20,000 nucleotides of DNA. Origin: an uncultured virus (IMG/VR IMGVR_UViG_3300033144_003013) (lineage: Duplodnaviria; Heunggongvirae; Uroviricota; Caudoviricetes). Position numbers and translations under genes: made by a program. A model generated the notes under the pieces. The model was not told the origin of the DNA, searched no databases, and saw nothing but the letters and a program-made list of their open reading frames with translations. The stretch is from the IMG/VR virus record IMGVR_UViG_3300033144_003013; one strand, 5' to 3'. Shown piece after piece: positions 16,333 to 20,000 of the stretch (positions are counted from its first letter, which is position 1; every line of letters starts with the position of its first letter).

Positions 16333-17139
16333 ATGGAAAATAAATTAAACGTATCAGTAATATTACCAATTAATTCATCAAAAATTAAAGATTTTGAAAA
16401 GTATTTTGATAGTTGTATTACATCAATAATTAAACAAACTACTACTATTGATGAATTAGTATTAGTACATAGTGACGAAGAGTCATTAACATCGTTTGTT
16501 CAAAATTACGATTACAGCGGTTTGACGGTTAACCTTGTTGAAAATAAAGGAGATGTTGATTTCGCAAGTCAAGTAAATTTAGGAGTTGAAAATGCAAAGA
16601 ATGATTGGATTTCGTTATTAGAAGTCGATGATGAATACGCATCAATATGGTTTAAGAACGTAAAAAGATATATGGAAGCATATCCAAACGTATCAGGATT
16701 CTTACCTCTAGTTATTGATGTTGATGAAAAGGGTGTTTTTGCTGGGTTCACAAACGAAGCCACCTTCGCGGCGAACATGAATAGTGAAATTGGTTATCTA
16801 ACAAACGAAGTTTTATTAAATTATCAAAATTTTCAAACAAGTGGAGTAGTTTTGAAAAAATCCACTTTTCAAGATTTCGGAGGTCTTAAAAAATCTATGA
16901 AATTAACTTTCGTTTATGAATTTTTATTAAGACTTACTTATAACTCTGTAGAGATTATGACTATACCAAGAATTGGTTATAAGCATATGAATATGAGAGA
17001 AGGTTCTATTTTTTGGAACTACAAGTTTGGTGAAAACAAAATAACTGAGGATGAAGTGGCGTTTTGGATTGATTCGGCGAAAAAAGAACATTTTTTTATT
17101 GAAGATAGGGACATAAACTATCAAGCAATAGATGTTTAA
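16333..17139 (+). CDS. Glycosyltransferase family 2-like (GT-A)
   Basis: VSVILPI, Q.....ELVLV, VNLGV..AK.DWISLLEVDD, FGGL, YEFLLR, Y.H. Confidence 0.8.
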   Translation: MENKLNVSVILPINSSKIKDFEKYFDSCITSIIKQTTTIDELVLVHSDEESLTSFVQNYDYSGLTVNLVENKGDVDFASQVNLGVENAKNDWISLLEVDDEYASIWFKNVKRYMEAYPNVSGFLPLVIDVDEKGVFAGFTNEATFAANMNSEIGYLTNEVLLNYQNFQTSGVVLKKSTFQDFGGLKKSMKLTFVYEFLLRLTYNSVEIMTIPRIGYKHMNMREGSIFWNYKFGENKITEDEVAFWIDSAKKEHFFIEDRDINYQAIDV

Positions 17140-17930
17140 TGTTTTTAGAACCCAAAAGTGCTACTACTAATACTAAATCAACTGAAGTTATAGTCTCAGC
17201 TAATACTGAGACCGTTGAAAAGAAAAAACGTGGTAGAAAACCAACGACTAACAATTATTTTGCGGAAAGAGAAGAGAGGGCAGTTAGGTTTTTCTTAACT
17301 GCTTCTACTTTTACTGAAAAAAATAAAATCTATGATGATTATTTAAGGGCACCTTTAGATAAAATGATTGAATCTATAATTAGGAGATACAAACTTTATA
17401 GAAAAGGAATGGACTTTAGAGAAATTCATCATGATACACATTCTTTCTTAATTACTAAAGTAGAAAAATTCAAACCTGAAAAGGGAAAGAAAGCATATTC
17501 TTATTTTGGTACGATATGTAAAAATTACCTAATGGGTATGATTATAAAAGACCAAAAAGAACAGAATCGAAAAATATCATATGAGGATATCACTACTAAA
17601 TTAGAGAGTCGTCCTGATATGATTTATTACCTTGAAAATGAAAAAATAGAAGCAACCGAAGTAATAAAAAAATTTAACAAAGAGTTAGAAGATTTCATTG
17701 AAAATACTAACTTAAATAATAATGAACTTAAGTTGGGTTACGCACTAATGGAATTATTTGAAAATTATAATAAAATCTTTATTGGTACCGATAATAACAA
17801 ATTTAACAAAAATATTATTTTACTCTCATTGAGAGAAATGACAAATATGTCAACAAAAGAAATAAGGACCTCAATGAGAAAATTTAAAAAACTATATTAT
17901 GAGTTAACAAATAGGCTTCATAATCTCTAA
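17139..17930 (+). CDS. Putative phage sigma-like transcription factor (gp55/sigma70 region 2-like)
   Basis: NYF...E.A near the N-terminus and KFKPEKGKKAYSYFGTICKNYL, matching the region 2.3-like pattern (KF.P.KG..F..Y) of sigma factors and T4-type late sigma factors; basic KKKRGRKP before it. Confidence 0.65.
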   Translation: MFLEPKSATTNTKSTEVIVSANTETVEKKKRGRKPTTNNYFAEREERAVRFFLTASTFTEKNKIYDDYLRAPLDKMIESIIRRYKLYRKGMDFREIHHDTHSFLITKVEKFKPEKGKKAYSYFGTICKNYLMGMIIKDQKEQNRKISYEDITTKLESRPDMIYYLENEKIEATEVIKKFNKELEDFIENTNLNNNELKLGYALMELFENYNKIFIGTDNNKFNKNIILLSLREMTNMSTKEIRTSMRKFKKLYYELTNRLHNL

Positions 17931-17939
17931 AAAATTGTT

Positions 17940-17955
17940 CTATAAATATTTATAG
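17940..17955. promoter_or_regulatory. Perfect 16-bp palindrome containing TATAAATA; candidate late promoter or operator
   Basis: CTATAAATATTTATAG is its own reverse complement, lies in the 29-bp gap after the sigma-like gene and ends 4 nt before ATG 17960. TATAAATA is the T4 late promoter consensus. Confidence 0.5.
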
Positions 17956-17959
17956 TATT

Positions 17960-18334
17960 ATGGCAAGACCGAAAAAAAAACAAATCGTACTAAATAAAGA
18001 CTCTGTCTTATCTCTTATGCAAGAAATTTATAATGAACTTGTAGAACAAAGAGCAACTGCGATAAGAATTCAAAATAAAATGTTAGCCATGTTAAAGGAC
18101 CCTGAAGATATGACTGTTATCGGTCCTGTAATTAAAGAACAACAAAAAATAGTAAACGACACCATAGAGAAAAAATTATCATTATCCAAATTACAATCTA
18201 GCATATGGGAAAAATCTAACAATCAAACATCTGAAGAATTTAGTTTGTCTGATATTGATGATGATACACTACAAACCTTAATACAACAAGATTTAGGAAA
18301 CGATGATAAGAACGATGGGTATAAATTAGAGTAA
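17960..18334 (+). CDS. Hypothetical helical/coiled-coil protein (124 aa)
   Basis: Basic N-terminus (MARPKKK), helical core, acidic tail. Confidence 0.75.
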   Translation: MARPKKKQIVLNKDSVLSLMQEIYNELVEQRATAIRIQNKMLAMLKDPEDMTVIGPVIKEQQKIVNDTIEKKLSLSKLQSSIWEKSNNQTSEEFSLSDIDDDTLQTLIQQDLGNDDKNDGYKLE

Positions 18335-18345
18335 AAATAGCCATT

Positions 18346-20000
18346 ATGTCAATAGAAGAAGGGTTTAAGAAAATCGGAAGTAAAGTTGACGCATATAAGT
18401 CGACTATTCAAACTACGGTAAACGAAAAAAGTATAAAAAAAATAGCTAATGGTGATAATTTAGCTCAAACAAAAAGTAAGGCGTTAAAACAATTAAACGC
18501 TATGGGTGACATCAAACAAAGAGGTCAACAGCAAGTTATGACTGCGTTTGATGAGTTAGCCAACCTATTTAAAAAATCTGTACCTAACGGAAAAAATACA
18601 GGTTCATCCACTATTGATTTTCTTATAAAACAGGTATTACTCGCAAGTGAAAATACCAAAAGTAGAATGGGTGAAATTGTAACTGATGAAGTTTTAAAAG
18701 TCGCAGGTTGTTCCGAAGAACAAACATTCAATACTCAACCAATTTATATAAATGTTTCAGATGTTGATTTACGAGAACTATTAAAAAATAGTCCTAATGA
18801 TAACCCGTGGAATTTAAGATATGAAAAACAAGACATATCTGTTGGTTCTCAACCATTTTCAATGGATAAAGAACTATATAATAGGTTGCAAAATGAAGGT
18901 ACATCATTTAATAGTGAGTATGGTACGGACTACGTTGGTTCATCGGGAGCCGGTCTATTTGATATAAAATATGTGACCAGTTATAATGACCCAGTTACAG
19001 GAGCACCGATATTTGGTGATTTTTATGAGGTAACACTTCAAAACAGACCAACGGGTAATAGGTTAGGTGATTTTTTAAGAGATTACTATGGGTCTATTGA
19101 ATTAATAAATTTCAATATGGTCTCCGTTGAAATTATGAATATGTTGACTAATATTATTGACATTTCAGGTGGATTATCTATAGGTCAAAAAGAATCTCAA
19201 AGTAAATTTGCAATTATACTACAAAGAATATTAGGTCTTTGTTTTGATAATACTAAAGAAATCGATGTACAGGGTACATCTAAACTAAGTCAGTTAGATA
19301 ATATCGACCAATCATTTTTTGAAATGTCTCCATTAGATTTAAAAAATATTGAGGAAGAGGTAAATAACATGGTAGACGGTGTAACTGAATTTACTGATTG
19401 TAATAATTTAAAATTACCAGTAAATGTTCAGGCATTGTTAGACGGTATGAATAATTTAGTTAATGATGATAAAGGAAATCCTGAACAAAATGTTGATAAC
19501 CTTATGAAGTTAGTTGATGATATGGCTAAAGACCAAGATTGGAAACTTAATATACCTTCTGATATCAATTTAAACTTGAATGTTGCAATAAATAATGATT
19601 TTTTAAAGATAATACCTAAAGCTGTTATGTTTTCAATACTAAGACCTAAAACTATTTTAGGAATGTATATAGTCATAAAAGCAATTAGACCAAATTTCGC
19701 CACAATTTTAGGATTAGATAATTTAGAATCATTTGTTAAAACATTTGGTAAATTTATTGTAAATATGTTAAGTAAAATCGCAGCCATATTTGTCGAGGAA
19801 TTATTTAAATTATTAAAAAAGAACTTAAGATTATTAGTAGAAACTTTATTAGTGGAAATAGTGAAGGAAGCTAAAGACAAAAGAGCGGCAATGATATCAT
19901 CAATTATTTTTATATTAATTCAAATAGTACAAGGGTTTATAGATTATCGAGAATGTAAAAGTTTGGTTGATGAGATACTTAAATTACTTAATTTAGGTGC
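18346..20000 (+). CDS. Large hypothetical protein (>551 aa), 3'-truncated by the window edge
   Basis: ATG at 18346 (MSIEEGFKKIGSKVDAYKST...). I read the frame codon by codon to base 20000 with no stop; it is missing from the ORF track, presumably because it has no stop in the window. Confidence 0.85.
   Translation, partial: MSIEEGFKKIGSKVDAYKSTIQTTVNEKSIKKIANGDNLAQTKSKALKQLNAMGDIKQRGQQQVMTAFDELANLFKKSVPNGKNTGSSTIDFLIKQVLLASENTKSRMGEIVTDEVLKVAGCSEEQTFNTQPIYINVSDVDLRELLKNSPNDNPWNLRYEKQDISVGSQPFSMDKELYNRLQNEGTSFNSEYGTDYVGSSGAGLFDIKYVTSYNDPVTGAPIFGDFYEVTLQNRPTGNRLGDFLRDYYGSIELINFNMVSVEIMNMLTNIIDISGGLSIGQKESQSKFAIILQRILGLCFDNTKEIDVQGTSKLSQLDNIDQSFFEMSPLDLKNIEEEVNNMVDGVTEFTDCNNLKLPVNVQALLDGMNNLVNDDKGNPEQNVDNLMKLVDDMAKDQDWKLNIPSDINLNLNVAINNDFLKIIPKAVMFSILRPKTILGMYIVIKAIRPNFATILGLDNLESFVKTFGKFIVNMLSKIAAIFVEELFKLLKKNLRLLVETLLVEIVKEAKDKRAAMISSIIFILIQIVQGFIDYRECKSLVDEILKLLNLG

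Noticed and set aside
2046..17139. Ordinary bacterial LPS/capsule locus
   Set aside because: No wzx/wzy/ABC exporter or priming transferase; interleaved with dut, exonuclease, phoH, sigma-like and many hypothetical genes typical of large phages. Not fully excluded because no capsid or terminase gene is in the window.
370..19880. All minus-strand ORFs in the track (e.g. 370-699, 19428-19880) and the nested + ORF 13007-13192
   Set aside because: Each lies wholly or almost wholly within a better supported + strand gene, has shadow-like composition and no motif.
1..20000. Stop-codon reassignment: none of the called genes ends in TAG, and TGA appears only in ATGA overlaps
   Set aside because: Genes are full length and tile the window under the standard code with no in-frame TAG or TGA; TAA bias is expected at this AT content.
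1..20000. Eukaryotic giant virus origin (GT29, GME and Kdo genes are eukaryote- or NCLDV-associated)
   Set aside because: Operon-like overlapping genes, a sigma-like factor and a WYL protein indicate bacterial-type expression.
1..20000. tRNA, rRNA, CRISPR array, IS element, intron/intein or intrinsic terminator
   Set aside because: Intergenic gaps are 55 bp or less, and no cloverleaf, repeat-spacer pattern, transposase or GC hairpin with U-tract was seen by eye.

Overview
AT-rich, tightly packed window with every credible gene on the + strand and many TAATG/ATGA stop-start overlaps. It reads as part of a large dsDNA bacteriophage genome: phoH, dUTPase, a PolB-like 3'-5' exonuclease, a stand-alone WYL protein and a gp55/sigma-like factor are present, with no cellular housekeeping operon. 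A-rich, Shine-Dalgarno-less starts suggest a Bacteroidota host (inference). About 15 kb (2046-17139) is a glycan synthesis and modification region with five glycosyltransferase genes. Its core (6481-11661) is a compact, apparently self-contained ulosonic-acid module: GT29 sialyltransferase-like enzyme, HAD phosphatase, DapA/NanA-fold aldolase with a rewired active site, KdsA (Kdo-8-P synthase), PhyH-type Fe/2OG dioxygenase, SGNH-like enzyme, sulfotransferase and a NeuA-type (not KdsB-type) cytidylyltransferase. A short UDP-sugar dehydrogenase and a GDP-mannose 3,5-epimerase follow. This module is the best candidate for an undescribed system: a phage pathway making and transferring a modified Kdo/sialic-acid-like sugar onto a cytoplasmic acceptor. 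Two ORFs missing from the supplied track (6330-6476 and 18346->20000) and a perfect 16-bp palindrome containing TATAAATA right after the sigma-like gene were also found. All assignments come from motif recognition by eye; no database search was run.
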